Origin: a virus
Taxonomy: Duplodnaviria > Caudoviricetes
Strand: one strand, 5' to 3'
IMG/VR virus record: IMGVR_UViG_3300033463_005840
Span: 32,001-96,000 of that record
Length of the DNA: 64,000 nucleotides
Shown here piece by piece: positions 1 to 10,241 of the stretch; positions within the stretch are counted from its first letter, which is position 1; each line of letters begins with the position of its first letter. The notes below the pieces were generated by a model. That model was not told where the DNA came from, ran no database searches, and was given only the letters and a program-made list of their open reading frames with translations. The translations under genes and the position numbers were made by a program.

Positions 1-147
1 TTAAACGGTGATTTTGGAGGCTATCAAGACTATAATGAATATGCAATAGCTGATTTTCTTAGAAAATATTACAGTGATAAATTTTCAAAGAATGACCTTG
101 ACGTAATTATTCGTAGTTTGCCTGACCATCCTGAATATGAATACTAA
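1..147 (+). CDS. 3' end of a truncated acidic hypothetical protein
   Basis: Frame 1 is open from the window edge (LNGDFGGYQDYNEY...DHPEYEY) to TAA at 145-147. Confidence 0.6.
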   Translation, partial: LNGDFGGYQDYNEYAIADFLRKYYSDKFSKNDLDVIIRSLPDHPEYEY

Positions 148-157
148 CTAATAGAAC

Positions 158-209
158 ACGTCACTATTTGTCTTATTATAGTGTTATACTAAAAAGCAGA
201 TAGTGACGT
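158..209 (+). terminator. long stem-loop after the first CDS (terminator or structured RNA)
   Basis: ACGTCACTATTTG (158-170) pairs with CAGATAGTGACGT (197-209) with one G-U pair, followed by a T-rich tract. Confidence 0.5.
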
Positions 210-267
210 TATTTTTAGGAATTACAAAGAAAGACTTCGTATCAATTCATGAAAAGGGACTATCCCT

Positions 268-277
268 TATATATTTA
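268..277 (+). promoter_or_regulatory. putative late promoter TATATATTTA (first of 18 copies)
   Basis: Exact intergenic + strand copies start at 268, 3109, 9112, 9199, 13311, 14071, 16777, 18419, 18745, 18829, 23402, 24043, 25957, 32159, 32933, 40911, 54897 and 60763; they lie upstream of sheath, portal and fibre genes. Confidence 0.75.
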
Positions 278-302
278 TAAAGTATTTGAATGAGGTGTAA
301 TA

Positions 303-1157
303 ATGCCGGTTTTAGTAATTAGACCATATCCCGAAGATGCTACCGTTACTGTAAATGGTAATACAGCAACTAATAATTATTTTACGATTACAGCAGGTGA
401 TTTTGCTTTAATTAACGTATCAAAAAATAATTATGTCACTAGCTCTTCACGGATTCAAATTAATGAAGACTTATATCTTAATGTTAGATTAGAGAAAGTC
501 AAAGATTCTGGAGGCGGTGGCTCTGGTGATATGAATAACCCCATGACTACTCAGGGTGATATTATTGTAGGTGGCACTGGTGGAGACCCTACCAGACTTG
601 GTATAGGCTCTGCTGGTGAAGTGCTTAAAGTCAATAGTTCCGGCACTGGCTTAGAATATGGCACTGGTGGTGGTTCTGGTGATATGACGAATCCTATGAC
701 AACTGCTGGTGATATTATAGTAGGTGGTGCTAATGGAGACCCTGCCAGACTTGGAATTGGCAATAACGGACAGATTCTAAAAGTAGTAAGCGGAGCATTA
801 GCTTACGCAGACGATGCTACCGGTGATATGAATAACCCTATGACTACTCAAGGAGATTTAATTGTCGGGGGTGCTTCTGGTACTCCGCAAAGATTAGGCA
901 TTGGTACTGCAGGACAGATTCTCAAAGTAAATAGTCAGGCAAATGGTTTTGAGTTTGCTAATGAAACGGGTGGTATGTCTAACCCGATGACAACTGCTGG
1001 CGATGTTATTGTAGGTGGTGCAAGCGGTACACCTACAAGACTGGGAATGGGAACAGCAGGACAAGTATTAAAAGTAAACGCTTCTGCTACTGGACTTGAA
1101 TTTGCTGATGAATCCGGCGGTGGCAGTGGCTCTGTTGATATCGTTTATTGGGATTAG
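303..1157 (+). CDS. virion fibre/whisker-like repeat protein
   Basis: N-terminal beta-rich domain, then four ~48-aa repeats MxNPMTTxGDxIVGGxxGxPxRLGIGxxGQxLKVN..GLEF joined by Gly linkers; follows a late motif. Confidence 0.65.
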   Translation: MPVLVIRPYPEDATVTVNGNTATNNYFTITAGDFALINVSKNNYVTSSSRIQINEDLYLNVRLEKVKDSGGGGSGDMNNPMTTQGDIIVGGTGGDPTRLGIGSAGEVLKVNSSGTGLEYGTGGGSGDMTNPMTTAGDIIVGGANGDPARLGIGNNGQILKVVSGALAYADDATGDMNNPMTTQGDLIVGGASGTPQRLGIGTAGQILKVNSQANGFEFANETGGMSNPMTTAGDVIVGGASGTPTRLGMGTAGQVLKVNASATGLEFADESGGGSGSVDIVYWD

Positions 1158-1163
1158 TTTTTT

Positions 1164-1202
1164 GAAAGTCTCTTGAAAAATTTCGAGAGGCTTTCTTTTT
1201 TC
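1164..1202 (+). terminator. intrinsic terminator
   Basis: GAAAGTCTCTTGAAA / TTTCGAGAGGCTTTC stem followed by a T-run. Confidence 0.7.
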
Positions 1203-1237
1203 TTGCGTTTTTCCAAAAAATTTTGTAATTATATTTT

Positions 1238-1597
1238 ATGGAAAAACTTTTAGAAAAACTTAATCTTTCTTTTAATAATCAAGTTGGTGATTTGGAGTTT
1301 GTTAATTCCCGAATGACTTTAACCCAGATTGCTCTTAAAATCGGTGTATCTCAATCTGACTTGAAGAAGTCTTATTTAAGGGGTCTCCGTTTGTTAAGAC
1401 TTTTGGTGCAAGCTCACTCCTTATTTGAACGTTATGAGAAAATAGATTTTGTTAACAAAGATACTGAGAAAGCTTATGCTGATTGTAGCAGACGACTTAG
1501 TTATATCCCTTATATCGGGATAGACGAATTTTCTGTTCTTTATTATAAAGATAAAAAGCTTTTAGAAGCTTTAATGAAAATTTTTGATAAAAAATGA
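1238..1597 (+). CDS. hypothetical protein, possible HTH
   Basis: ORF with an HTH-like segment MTLTQIALKIGVSQSDLK; sigma70-like TTGCGT-17-TAATTA just upstream. Confidence 0.5.
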   Translation: MEKLLEKLNLSFNNQVGDLEFVNSRMTLTQIALKIGVSQSDLKKSYLRGLRLLRLLVQAHSLFERYEKIDFVNKDTEKAYADCSRRLSYIPYIGIDEFSVLYYKDKKLLEALMKIFDKK

Positions 1598-1712
1598 ATT
1601 TTTCTATTGACGAATTTTAAAAACCGTATTAAAGAAAGAATTTATATTAATTTTTAAAAAAAATTTTGTATAGTAAAGGTAGCTTTTTCATAATCTAGGA
1701 AAGGAAACATAA

Positions 1713-2354
1713 ATGGAAAAAGAAAAACTCGATTATTTGATTAAATTAAACTCGATACATTATTATAAGAATAACGGAGACCACGTTTACGTTTATAATA
1801 ATACGCAAGAGTTGGATGCCTCTAAGAGACAGCTTAACATTATTATCCCGATGAAAGATAAAGACGCTCCGCCTCTTAAAATCTTTATTACTAAACTTCC
1901 GATTGACCTGACCGAACAGGCGGTTAAAGAAGACATTATTAATAATCCGTTTTTCATGCAACAGTTAAAATGCCGGAATATTTTGATTTGTTCGGATGAA
2001 GAAGCAGAGGCTAAGCTCTCTACACAAGAGGCTATTAATGAAATCACTAATTATAAAAAGAATGCTTCAATTCTTGCCAATGATGTTGCTTTTAACAAAG
2101 ACACCATTGAAATTAAAGACGAAGGCAATCTGCTTGCCACTAATGCGGATGAGGCGACCGAATTGGAATCTAAGGTTAATCTTACTGTCTTGGACACTCT
2201 ATCCAGAGAGGAATTGACTGATAATGAAAAGATTTCCATAATTTCGTCTGTTGATAAATTGACGACTGACGATTTGAAATACATTATTGATAATGCGACC
2301 AGTGATGCGGTTCGTGACTTTGCTTTAAGTAAAACGCAAGAGGCTAATGTTTAA
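1713..2354 (+). CDS. hypothetical phage protein
   Basis: 213-aa ORF with AAGGA RBS. Confidence 0.7.
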   Translation: MEKEKLDYLIKLNSIHYYKNNGDHVYVYNNTQELDASKRQLNIIIPMKDKDAPPLKIFITKLPIDLTEQAVKEDIINNPFFMQQLKCRNILICSDEEAEAKLSTQEAINEITNYKKNASILANDVAFNKDTIEIKDEGNLLATNADEATELESKVNLTVLDTLSREELTDNEKISIISSVDKLTTDDLKYIIDNATSDAVRDFALSKTQEANV

Positions 2355-3042
2355 TTCTGTCCAAACGAGGGAAAGTTACTCTTTAAAGGAGCTTTCCCTC
2401 TCTTATATTGATACTTGTGCTAAGATAACTCGTCTTGAATTAGAAAACAGTTCGGATGAATTAAACTCACTTTATCAAAGACAGGATGAAACAGAAGCCA
2501 AATTATCAAAGTGGTTTGCAAAATATTCGGATGGATTGATTGACTTATACGCCGCTTATATTGCCAAGACAATAAATTCTGATTGTATTAAAAGCTATGC
2601 GTTTATCCGTAATGATGCGTTATACTTGCATAGCTTTATTATTCTTAAAGATAAGTTTGTTGTCTTAACAAAATTTGAAGACTCTTATTATATAAACACT
2701 TTTGCAAAGATGCCGGTTCTCGACTCTTTTGACATTGGTGTTTATTTTAATTGTTTACATTTTGATTCTGATATAAGTTCTTTAAATATAATTAAACAGT
2801 GCGAGTATGATAATTATAAGTTAAAGATTCAGTTGCAGCCTTATGTAGACATTGCGAATCTGACTGCTTTTGCTTACAGCTTGTCAAATTGTATAAGTCA
2901 TGTCAGTATTGATGGTTTGAATATTATTTTGAATCTGCCAAAGATTTTAAGTTATAAGTCAATCGACTTTTTGCAGAGAGTTTTACATTTGCCTTGCACT
3001 ATTACATTTAAGATTAAGCAGGATTTCAAAATTTTATCGTAA
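2347..3042 (+). CDS. hypothetical protein
   Basis: 231-aa ORF overlapping the previous stop. Confidence 0.65.
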   Translation: MFNSVQTRESYSLKELSLSYIDTCAKITRLELENSSDELNSLYQRQDETEAKLSKWFAKYSDGLIDLYAAYIAKTINSDCIKSYAFIRNDALYLHSFIILKDKFVVLTKFEDSYYINTFAKMPVLDSFDIGVYFNCLHFDSDISSLNIIKQCEYDNYKLKIQLQPYVDIANLTAFAYSLSNCISHVSIDGLNIILNLPKILSYKSIDFLQRVLHLPCTITFKIKQDFKILS

Positions 3043-3073
3043 AGAGAAAACTTCAGTTTTTGATTTGAAAAAA

Positions 3074-3121
3074 TTTCCCTCCTTAAAAAGTGAGGGATTT
3101 TTGTTATATATATATTTACAG
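3074..3121 (+). repeat. terminator + late promoter cassette (variant)
   Basis: TCCCTC..GAGGGA-TTTTTG hairpin fused to TATATATTTACAG. Confidence 0.7.
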
Positions 3122-3187
3122 ATAATGTGATAAAAGTCTATCCTTTAGAGCGACTTACAAATTTTATGATGAGGTTTGTATTTTAAT

Positions 3188-4975
3188 ATGAAAACAGTAA
3201 TTACAGACAATGGAATTAACGCTTGCTTAGAAGCGGGTATGTTAGGACCCAAAATTGAAGTTGTTAAGGTTAAGATTGGCAGCCAGATTATTGATGTATC
3301 ACCTGACATGACAGATGTTGCTGGCGAAGTATGGTCTGGCGGTACTGCTTATATAACATATCAGGTTCAAGAGTCTGATTTATTTGCTTTCAAAATTACA
3401 TTAGATGAGGCCGTAGGTGACTTTGACGTTGGCAATATCGGTTTATATTTAGAAGATGGAACGTTATTCTCTATCACATCTATGGATAAACCAGAGCGTA
3501 AGATTAAAAACGCTGAAGACGTTATTGGCAATAGAAAGATTTTTGTTATTCCAATTAAACTTGCTGGAATCAGCGAATTAATTAGCACTACTTTAATCGT
3601 ACCTGATGAGGCCTCTATTCCTTTTGTGCAAACACAAAATGATTTGCCACAAGTCAATATGGCGGCATATTCCGTTTATGAAGTTTTAAATCATACTGAT
3701 TATAACTCATCTGCTTTAGCATTAAGAACACCGACAACTTGGATTTATATATCAGCTTCAGGAAATTCAAATTATGCTTTTCCAGCAACAATGTTTGATG
3801 ATGATGCAGAAGTTGGCTTTGGTGTTTATTATGATGTTAATTCTGTTATGTTTAAAGCCTCTGATGGTCTTAACGATTCAAAAGGCTTTTTAGGAATACG
3901 AACGGTTTATAATACGATAGCTTCATCTGGCGTTTATCACAATGATGACTACCACTTAAATCCTGGTTCTTATTATTATGCTGATGGGAACGCTAATGCC
4001 GGAAGATTTACAGAAACTGCGAATAATGCGCCTGTTGGTTATGCCGTTACATCTAAAGTTATTGTTGTTGGAGCTAAGCCTGAGACAATAAATAATAAGA
4101 CGCAAAATATAAGTATTAATAATCCGACTACTTATAAATATCCAAGTGAGTCTGCTGTCGTTAATTACAGTGCAGACATGAATCTTATTAAAACAAGACT
4201 TATAAGTGATTGTTGTATTAATGCTCCTAGTGGTGTAGCAAGTTATAGCGGACTTACAATAACATTACCTGCTAACTATAGAGTTTTATTTTGTAATGGT
4301 CGTGATTCTGATAATAAGCTAAAAAATATAGATTACACTACTACAAGTAATCTTACTGTTAATCTTTCTAGCACTGCAGATGATTATAGCGTATTATTGA
4401 GATTAAATGGTAGCACTCCAAGTTTAGTTGCGGTTAAGACTTCTATTTTAAAATATGAGCCTGGTAGTTATACAGGTACTTATTATAGAAAAGACTTAAA
4501 CACAAATATGTGGTATTACAAAACATCTAGTACAAGTGAGACTCAAGTAACGGTTTTTGTTGTATGGCAAGGCTTAGTTCAGAATAGTGCAGTGGCTCAG
4601 CCTAATCCTACTTATCCTGTAAATTTGTTAACCGGCGTAGGGATAGGTGGGGGTGGTGGAAGCATTGAAACCACTCTTGTTAATGTAGCTACAGAGTCTG
4701 CTTTTAAGCAGATGGTTATTGATTGGATGATGCCTAACTTTTCGTCCGCTTTAAATATTAGTAGTGGATGGACTGCTACTAAGAGTGGTTGGATTATGGT
4801 TTCTCGTGGTTATACTGCCGCCGGTGCTTATGCTTATGTGGATGGCGTTAAGGTTTGGGATTCAACTACATTCGATGCTTGCTATGGTGCTGATTTCTTC
4901 CCGATTCCAAAAGGTGGCAAATTCACATGTTCAAATTGTGATGCTGCGAAATTTTATCCTTGCAAGGGATGGTGA
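3188..4975 (+). CDS. tail fibre protein with a tail-collar/DUF3751-like N-terminus
   Basis: N-terminus TVITDNG...VKIGS...VGNIGLYLEDGTLF is typical of baseplate-attached fibres; Ser/Thr/Gly-rich body; tip ends FFPIPKG..FYPCKG. Confidence 0.75.
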   Translation: MKTVITDNGINACLEAGMLGPKIEVVKVKIGSQIIDVSPDMTDVAGEVWSGGTAYITYQVQESDLFAFKITLDEAVGDFDVGNIGLYLEDGTLFSITSMDKPERKIKNAEDVIGNRKIFVIPIKLAGISELISTTLIVPDEASIPFVQTQNDLPQVNMAAYSVYEVLNHTDYNSSALALRTPTTWIYISASGNSNYAFPATMFDDDAEVGFGVYYDVNSVMFKASDGLNDSKGFLGIRTVYNTIASSGVYHNDDYHLNPGSYYYADGNANAGRFTETANNAPVGYAVTSKVIVVGAKPETINNKTQNISINNPTTYKYPSESAVVNYSADMNLIKTRLISDCCINAPSGVASYSGLTITLPANYRVLFCNGRDSDNKLKNIDYTTTSNLTVNLSSTADDYSVLLRLNGSTPSLVAVKTSILKYEPGSYTGTYYRKDLNTNMWYYKTSSTSETQVTVFVVWQGLVQNSAVAQPNPTYPVNLLTGVGIGGGGGSIETTLVNVATESAFKQMVIDWMMPNFSSALNISSGWTATKSGWIMVSRGYTAAGAYAYVDGVKVWDSTTFDACYGADFFPIPKGGKFTCSNCDAAKFYPCKGW

Positions 4976-5186
4976 ACTATTGCCATCCCTTTTTCTTTAA
5001 ACGACATTTTTATTATAATAAAAGTTTAATTTTACTCACTTTTTAACTTTTTTGATATTATAATACAATGTTTTTATAACAGAGATATATAGTATTTATA
5101 GAGAGACATAAAAATTTTTCTATTTTAGAAAATTTTAAATCTTTCGGGAAAATTGCAATTTTTCTGTTTAAGGAGAAAAACTTAAT

Positions 5187-6575
5187 ATGCTAAAAAGTAC
5201 AAATAAGGTATTCGCATCTTCGTCTCTCCCCATTATGGCATATAGCAATGGTGAGAAAACGAAGATTCGGAGTTATATTGATAAAGAAAGCAACACTGTT
5301 ATTCTTTCTAATTTTTCTGAATTAAGACCTCGTTCCCCGATTTCCGGTAGTGTAATGGTTCCGAATATTAAAGACCGTTACATTAGAAATCTTACCAGTA
5401 AAGATTTTGAATCTTTGGTTAATGTTGCTACTTGCCCTAAATGCGGAAAAAAACTTTATACGAGTAAGTCTATCGCCGCCGTTTTAAGTAAAGCGCATTG
5501 TATTCATTGTGGGGAGCTTTTCGATATTGAAGACGGAAAGGATTATTACAATAAATTAGGTGAATTGATTGACGAAGTTGATACCGAAATCAAACATAAA
5601 ACTCCTGATGAAGTTGTAGAGTCTGCCACTAAGAAAGACGAAAAAGAAGATATGAAAGAAAAAGATAAGAATAAGAAAGATGAAAAAGAGGGTAAAAAGG
5701 CAATGAAGAAAACCGTTTCTGCCGCTGAAATTGATTCTTTGATTGATGAAGTTCTTTCGGAAAGCAAAAAGAAAGAAGATAAGAAAGACAAAAAATCAAA
5801 AGAAGTTGAAGAACAGGCAAAGAATAAAGAAAAAGCTGAGTGCGCTGTTGAGGATATTAAAGTTGATATGCTTTCAACGGTTTCTTCTTTTGATGATTTA
5901 TCCGTTATTCCTTCTGGTTCTGAAAATTTCCATTACATTATGGCTAACAAAAAGCCTGTCGCCATGTTGCATAAATTCAGAGCGATAAGTGCCGTTGCTG
6001 ATATGTTTGAGAATCTTCCGACTTTGGAAAATACTTTGAAAGAATCAGTACAGGAAAAGAAAGGTTTTACCAGAGAGATTAAATCCAGCTTTGGTATCGT
6101 TCCTGTCATTATGAAGATTAAAGCTTCAAAAGTTATTGATGAAAAAATTAATAAGAAAGTTGCTGAAATTGAAGCTAATGCTCAAAAGAAGATTGAAGAT
6201 GCTACTGAATCTTACAATCAGTGTTTGGGTATTGCAACCGCTGGACTTAACAAAGATGCTTTTGATGATTGTAATAACGTTCTCGCTAATGAATTGATTA
6301 AAAAATTCAATGCTGTTGGCGTTGAAGATGCTGAAACAATTGTTAAAGCTACTTTTGAAGCCCATGCTAATGAGTATTTGTTGCAGATAATCAATAAGGC
6401 AAATACTTTTAAAAATAAGAGTTTAGAAGAAAGAAATGAAATTGCCTCTAAGGTAATTAATTTCAGTTCTAAAGAGAGCAAAATCACGCCTTCGATGATT
6501 GAAAACATTGAAGCTGTTGAAGATGCAAAACAGAAAGAAGCCTCCGATATTTCGGCAGTCTTGTTTGGTAAATAA
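5187..6575 (+). CDS. putative prohead scaffold/core protein with Zn-ribbon
   Basis: CPKC..CIHC, a charged low-complexity centre and a helical C-terminus; first gene of the capsid operon; variant late motif at ~5086-5100. Confidence 0.55.
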   Translation: MLKSTNKVFASSSLPIMAYSNGEKTKIRSYIDKESNTVILSNFSELRPRSPISGSVMVPNIKDRYIRNLTSKDFESLVNVATCPKCGKKLYTSKSIAAVLSKAHCIHCGELFDIEDGKDYYNKLGELIDEVDTEIKHKTPDEVVESATKKDEKEDMKEKDKNKKDEKEGKKAMKKTVSAAEIDSLIDEVLSESKKKEDKKDKKSKEVEEQAKNKEKAECAVEDIKVDMLSTVSSFDDLSVIPSGSENFHYIMANKKPVAMLHKFRAISAVADMFENLPTLENTLKESVQEKKGFTREIKSSFGIVPVIMKIKASKVIDEKINKKVAEIEANAQKKIEDATESYNQCLGIATAGLNKDAFDDCNNVLANELIKKFNAVGVEDAETIVKATFEAHANEYLLQIINKANTFKNKSLEERNEIASKVINFSSKESKITPSMIENIEAVEDAKQKEASDISAVLFGK

Positions 6576-6611
6576 TTTATAAACTTAATTAATTAAGGAA
6601 GGAAAAATTAA

Positions 6612-7310
6612 ATGATTGATATTTCGATGACTACGTTTTTCCAGTCGGGCGAATATGAAATCAATGACGATGCTACCGCTACTAATATCGTAGAAGGCTC
6701 GCCGCTGGTTTTGGTTGGTGCTGATGGAAAAGGTAAAGTATCTTTGGGTACTGGTTCCAATAATGAAGTTTTCTTGGGCGTTGCTTTCGCCGGATTTGTT
6801 CGTCCGATGACTCTGGTTAACGAAGAGAAATTCACGATTGGTACTACTGCCCATGTTACTGAAAAAGTTGCTCTGAGCACTCCGCTGGTTTACATTGACG
6901 GCGTGTTTGCTACGGTTGCTACTACTGCTCCGAGTGCCGCTGGTGAAGTTCAATATACGGCTGGTACAAGCACTTTGACGTTCTATGCTGATGATGCTGA
7001 TAAGACGGCTGTTGTTCTTTACAAATATGCCGCTCCTTTGGCTCTGGCTCGTGCGGCTGCCGGTGATGGATATCCTGGTGGATTAACTCTGTCGCAGTTG
7101 AATGGAACGATAGGTGTTTTGAAACAGGGTACTGTTTACACTGACCAGTATGACCTGACTGTTGATTGGTCGGCTGCTAACATTAACAACGTGAAAGTAA
7201 ACTCCGCTGGTTTGTTCACGATTGGTGGTACGGGTGCGACTGTTGCTAATGCGAGAGTTGTTGCTGCTCCTGGCTTTGGTTCGACCTACCTTGGAATTGA
7301 ATTGAAGTAA
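6612..7310 (+). CDS. putative head decoration/structural protein
   Basis: Ala/Gly/Thr-rich, highly biased codon usage, lies directly upstream of the capsid gene. Confidence 0.6.
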   Translation: MIDISMTTFFQSGEYEINDDATATNIVEGSPLVLVGADGKGKVSLGTGSNNEVFLGVAFAGFVRPMTLVNEEKFTIGTTAHVTEKVALSTPLVYIDGVFATVATTAPSAAGEVQYTAGTSTLTFYADDADKTAVVLYKYAAPLALARAAAGDGYPGGLTLSQLNGTIGVLKQGTVYTDQYDLTVDWSAANINNVKVNSAGLFTIGGTGATVANARVVAAPGFGSTYLGIELK

Positions 7311-7331
7311 TTTGAGAAGGAGACAATTCAA

Positions 7332-8366
7332 ATGATAGAAAATATTAAATTGAAAAACTCGATGGAAAACTTTGGCGATACTCGCACGGGTGAAGTCAAT
7401 GCTTCCAGCAAAGCTGAAGTTGCTAAGAAAATCTTGGCTTCTATGGGCTTGAAACAGACGACTCGTGATGCTGACGTTGTGAAACATTCTCGTGAAGCTG
7501 TCGTTGCCGCTTATAATGATACGACTTCTAACGATTTTCATAAGATTGGTGCGGCTCTGGCCGGTCAGTTGTATGAAGTTGCGAATCGTCAGGGATTTGC
7601 TCGTAAGTTCTTGTTGAAGACTGAAACTCAGCCAGGTGCTGACATTCGTATGGATGTTAAATTCCCGTCTTCGGTTGCCGTTACTGCGGTTTCCCCGATT
7701 CAAGTTCAGGCTAAATATCTGCGTGACAAATTCTATTATCCGGCTTCCGTTGATATTATCTTCCGTTGCATGATTTCCAAACAGGAAATTGCTCGTGCCT
7801 CTGGTGATATCGTTAACGAAAAATTGCAGGAAGGTTTGGCCGCTATCGAAGTTCAGGAAGACCGTTTGTGGAAGAAATCAGTTGATTCTTTGGCTGGTGT
7901 TATGAACCCTTCGAACATTCTGGCTTCTGGCTTGACCCCTTCTTCGTTGGCTATTATGCGTAACGAAATCGGTCGTTGGAACTTGCCGGTTGCTACCATT
8001 GTTGCGGCATCGGATGTTTTGAATGACCTGTTGGGTGCATCTTCTTTCACGGCTTGGTTTGACCCGGTTACTCAGTATGAAATCATTCAGACTGGTAATA
8101 TCGGTTCGTTGCTTGGTATGGAATTGATTACCGATGCTTACAGAACTGCTACGTTGAAAGTTTTGGACCAGGGTGATGTTTACGTTCTGTCTTCGCCTGA
8201 ATATCATGGTGCTATTGCAGACCGTGGCCCTGTTGAATCGACCGAATTGAATGGTGCGATTACTGGTGAAAATGCTCGTGGATGGTTTATGTCTGAAACG
8301 ATTGCTATGCTGGTTCACAACGCTCGTTCGATTGCCAAAGGTATGAAAACTAACGGTGATGTGTAA
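7332..8366 (+). CDS. major capsid protein
   Basis: 344 aa, strongly biased codons, HK97-type size and features (ANRQGFARKFL, IEVQEDRLW, GSLLGMELITD); strong terminator follows. Confidence 0.8.
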   Translation: MIENIKLKNSMENFGDTRTGEVNASSKAEVAKKILASMGLKQTTRDADVVKHSREAVVAAYNDTTSNDFHKIGAALAGQLYEVANRQGFARKFLLKTETQPGADIRMDVKFPSSVAVTAVSPIQVQAKYLRDKFYYPASVDIIFRCMISKQEIARASGDIVNEKLQEGLAAIEVQEDRLWKKSVDSLAGVMNPSNILASGLTPSSLAIMRNEIGRWNLPVATIVAASDVLNDLLGASSFTAWFDPVTQYEIIQTGNIGSLLGMELITDAYRTATLKVLDQGDVYVLSSPEYHGAIADRGPVESTELNGAITGENARGWFMSETIAMLVHNARSIAKGMKTNGDV

Positions 8367-8374
8367 TTTGCTAA

Positions 8375-8400
8375 GAGAGTGGGATTAATTTCCCACTCTC
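8375..8400 (+). terminator. stem-loop after capsid gene
   Basis: GAGAGTGGGA / TCCCACTCTC perfect stem. Confidence 0.7.
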
Positions 8401-8452
8401 TATAACAAATTTGTGTATTAAATGTCTTATTAAATTTAAGGAGATACTAATT

Positions 8453-8980
8453 ATGAGACTGAGAAAATACAATATTGCGGCAGATTACTTGATTGCAGCT
8501 AATGTTTGCAGTAAAAAAGGCAACAAAAAAGATGCTTTGAAACTGATGTTGAAAGCCGCTGAAGAGCCTGATATGGCTGATTTGGCGAAAGCTCTTCAAG
8601 ACATTAACGAGAAGTTGGATATGCTTTTGGGTGGTGGCGATATGGATGTTGATGACGTTGCTGATGAAGAAATCGTCGATGAAACCGAAACCACTGATGA
8701 AGACGTTGATGCTGATGAAGACGTTGATGCTGATGCTGATGAAGACGTTGATGCTGATGAAGATACGGATGCCGATACGGATGATGAGGAAGAGGAAATT
8801 GGTGACGTTGAAGAAATCATTTCTTCCATTCAGAAACGTAAAGCTAAGTTGAAAGCTCGTGCTGCTGCAAAACGTGAGAGAGTTATGTCTGCTATGCGCA
8901 ATCGTTCGTTGAATCGTATGTCGAGGAGACCGGAACGCTTTGCAAGAGAAGAACGCAAACCTCTGTTGCGTAGACGTTAA
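8453..8980 (+). CDS. acidic internal head/core-like protein with basic C-tail
   Basis: AAGGAG RBS; DVDADE repeats; Arg-rich tail after RVMSA. Confidence 0.65.
   Translation: MRLRKYNIAADYLIAANVCSKKGNKKDALKLMLKAAEEPDMADLAKALQDINEKLDMLLGGGDMDVDDVADEEIVDETETTDEDVDADEDVDADADEDVDADEDTDADTDDEEEEIGDVEEIISSIQKRKAKLKARAAAKRERVMSAMRNRSLNRMSRRPERFAREERKPLLRRR
8695..8785 (+). repeat. coding tandem repeat GATGAAGACGTTGATGCT
   Basis: About three near-identical 18-24 nt units encoding DEDVDA, plus degenerate units. Confidence 0.7.
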
Positions 8981-9006
8981 TCTTAATCCTACATTGAGAT
9001 TTCGTT

Positions 9007-9050
9007 AAAGGTGCCTCGGATTATTTTTCGAGGCACCTTTGTTTTTGTTT
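9007..9050 (+). terminator. intrinsic terminator
   Basis: AAAGGTGCCTCG / CGAGGCACCTTT stem followed by a T-rich tract. Confidence 0.8.
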
Positions 9051-9111
9051 GCAAAATGCAATTTTATTGAATTAAAAACTTTCTACTTTAAAACAAGAGA
9101 AATTTTTGATA

Positions 9112-9208
9112 TATATATTTACAAGAGAGGATTATTCTTTCAAATAGATTAAGAAAATATTTTGTCTGGAAATAATCTATGCGAGGGGGATAGTTCCGTA
9201 TATATTTA
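9112..9208 (+). repeat. promoter-hairpin-promoter element, copy A
   Basis: Two TATATATTTA motifs 87 nt apart enclose an imperfect palindrome with core ATAGATTA (9144-9151) / TAATCTAT (9173-9180). Confidence 0.7.
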
Positions 9209-9240
9209 CAAGTAATAACTATTTTAAGGAGATTATTAAA

Positions 9241-9651
9241 ATGACTTTCGATGAATTGTTAGACGAATATGGGCTTGAATTTATGAATGAGGAATATCCA
9301 GATGATAGCCCACAACCTATGGAAGCATTGGATGAACTTTTCTCTTCATACGAAGCTGTAAGAGCTGCTTTTTACGGTGGTAGGTATGGATTTAAGCAAG
9401 ATGTATTTAATCCTAATGATGAGTATTTTAAATTCGATGGGAATGGGAATATTCAATCTATACCATACGTCAATGATTATCTTAATGATGTTATTGATGA
9501 AGATGACTTCATTCAATGGTGCAAAGAAAAGGGGTATGTGGATGATGAAGATGAGGGTGCAGTAGAATCTTCTCTGAAACGTAAAGCTAGAAAACCGGTT
9601 CATAGCAGACTTATTAAAAGACCCTCTCGTTTGTTTCGTAGAAAAGGTTAA
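9241..9651 (+). CDS. acidic protein, FNPND-YF family paralog 1, C-terminal basic tag
   Basis: FNPNDEYFKFDGNGNIQSI...DDFIQWCKEKGY, then AVESS and an Arg/Lys tail. Confidence 0.75.
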   Translation: MTFDELLDEYGLEFMNEEYPDDSPQPMEALDELFSSYEAVRAAFYGGRYGFKQDVFNPNDEYFKFDGNGNIQSIPYVNDYLNDVIDEDDFIQWCKEKGYVDDEDEGAVESSLKRKARKPVHSRLIKRPSRLFRRKG

Positions 9652-9670
9652 TTAAAAAGGAAACAATAAA

Positions 9671-10225
9671 ATGATTACCAGAAAAAACAAACTTACGTTT
9701 AAGAAACACAGCATAAAATCAGCTTTGCGCCGGAGACCCATATTATCGGCTAGGGATGACGCTGAATCTTTGCTCAAAAACATGATGCCTCATATAGGAG
9801 ATGAGGTAGACAAAGTAGAGTCTGGCAAAGTTTATATTAAGACAGATTATCCTTTATACGGCGGGACAGGTTATTTTGTTGCTGATATCCCTTTTATGGT
9901 GATTTATGATAGTCATAACGGAGAACTTTTAGACGTTATTATTCGTGAAAAGGACTTAAGATATTCCATGGAAGATTTATTTCAAGAAATTTTTAATGGG
10001 ATAGACTTTGGCGGTATGTCCGAGGAAGAGTTTAATGAAATCACTCCTGAAGAAGCCATAGAAATCGGAAAAGATGAGTTCGAGGCCTTTATGGACTATA
10101 TGTATGATACTTATAGCCATATAGACAAAGCCAAGTTTGTCCGTTTGGTAAAACAGTATATGGAAGAGGAAGGAATTGTTGAATCCTCTTTTAAGATACA
10201 TCGCAGATTCAAAAATTCTAATTAA
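9671..10225 (+). CDS. acidic hypothetical protein with basic N- and C-terminal tags
   Basis: MITRKNK..IKSA LRRRPILSA, acidic core, IVESS FKIHRRF. Confidence 0.7.
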   Translation: MITRKNKLTFKKHSIKSALRRRPILSARDDAESLLKNMMPHIGDEVDKVESGKVYIKTDYPLYGGTGYFVADIPFMVIYDSHNGELLDVIIREKDLRYSMEDLFQEIFNGIDFGGMSEEEFNEITPEEAIEIGKDEFEAFMDYMYDTYSHIDKAKFVRLVKQYMEEEGIVESSFKIHRRFKNSN

Positions 10226-10241
10226 GAAAGGATATTATAAA

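Noticed and set aside
4700-4975. DGR variable region at the fibre tip
   Set aside because: No template repeat or reverse transcriptase in the window
7083-7703. Long minus-strand ORFs (e.g. 7083..7703, 41795..42325, 47338..47964)
   Set aside because: Antisense shadows of codon-biased + strand genes, with no RBS or recognisable motifs
9241-9651. Naming the acidic paralogs ArdA or a specific Acr
   Set aside because: Only composition is similar; no diagnostic motif that I can confirm
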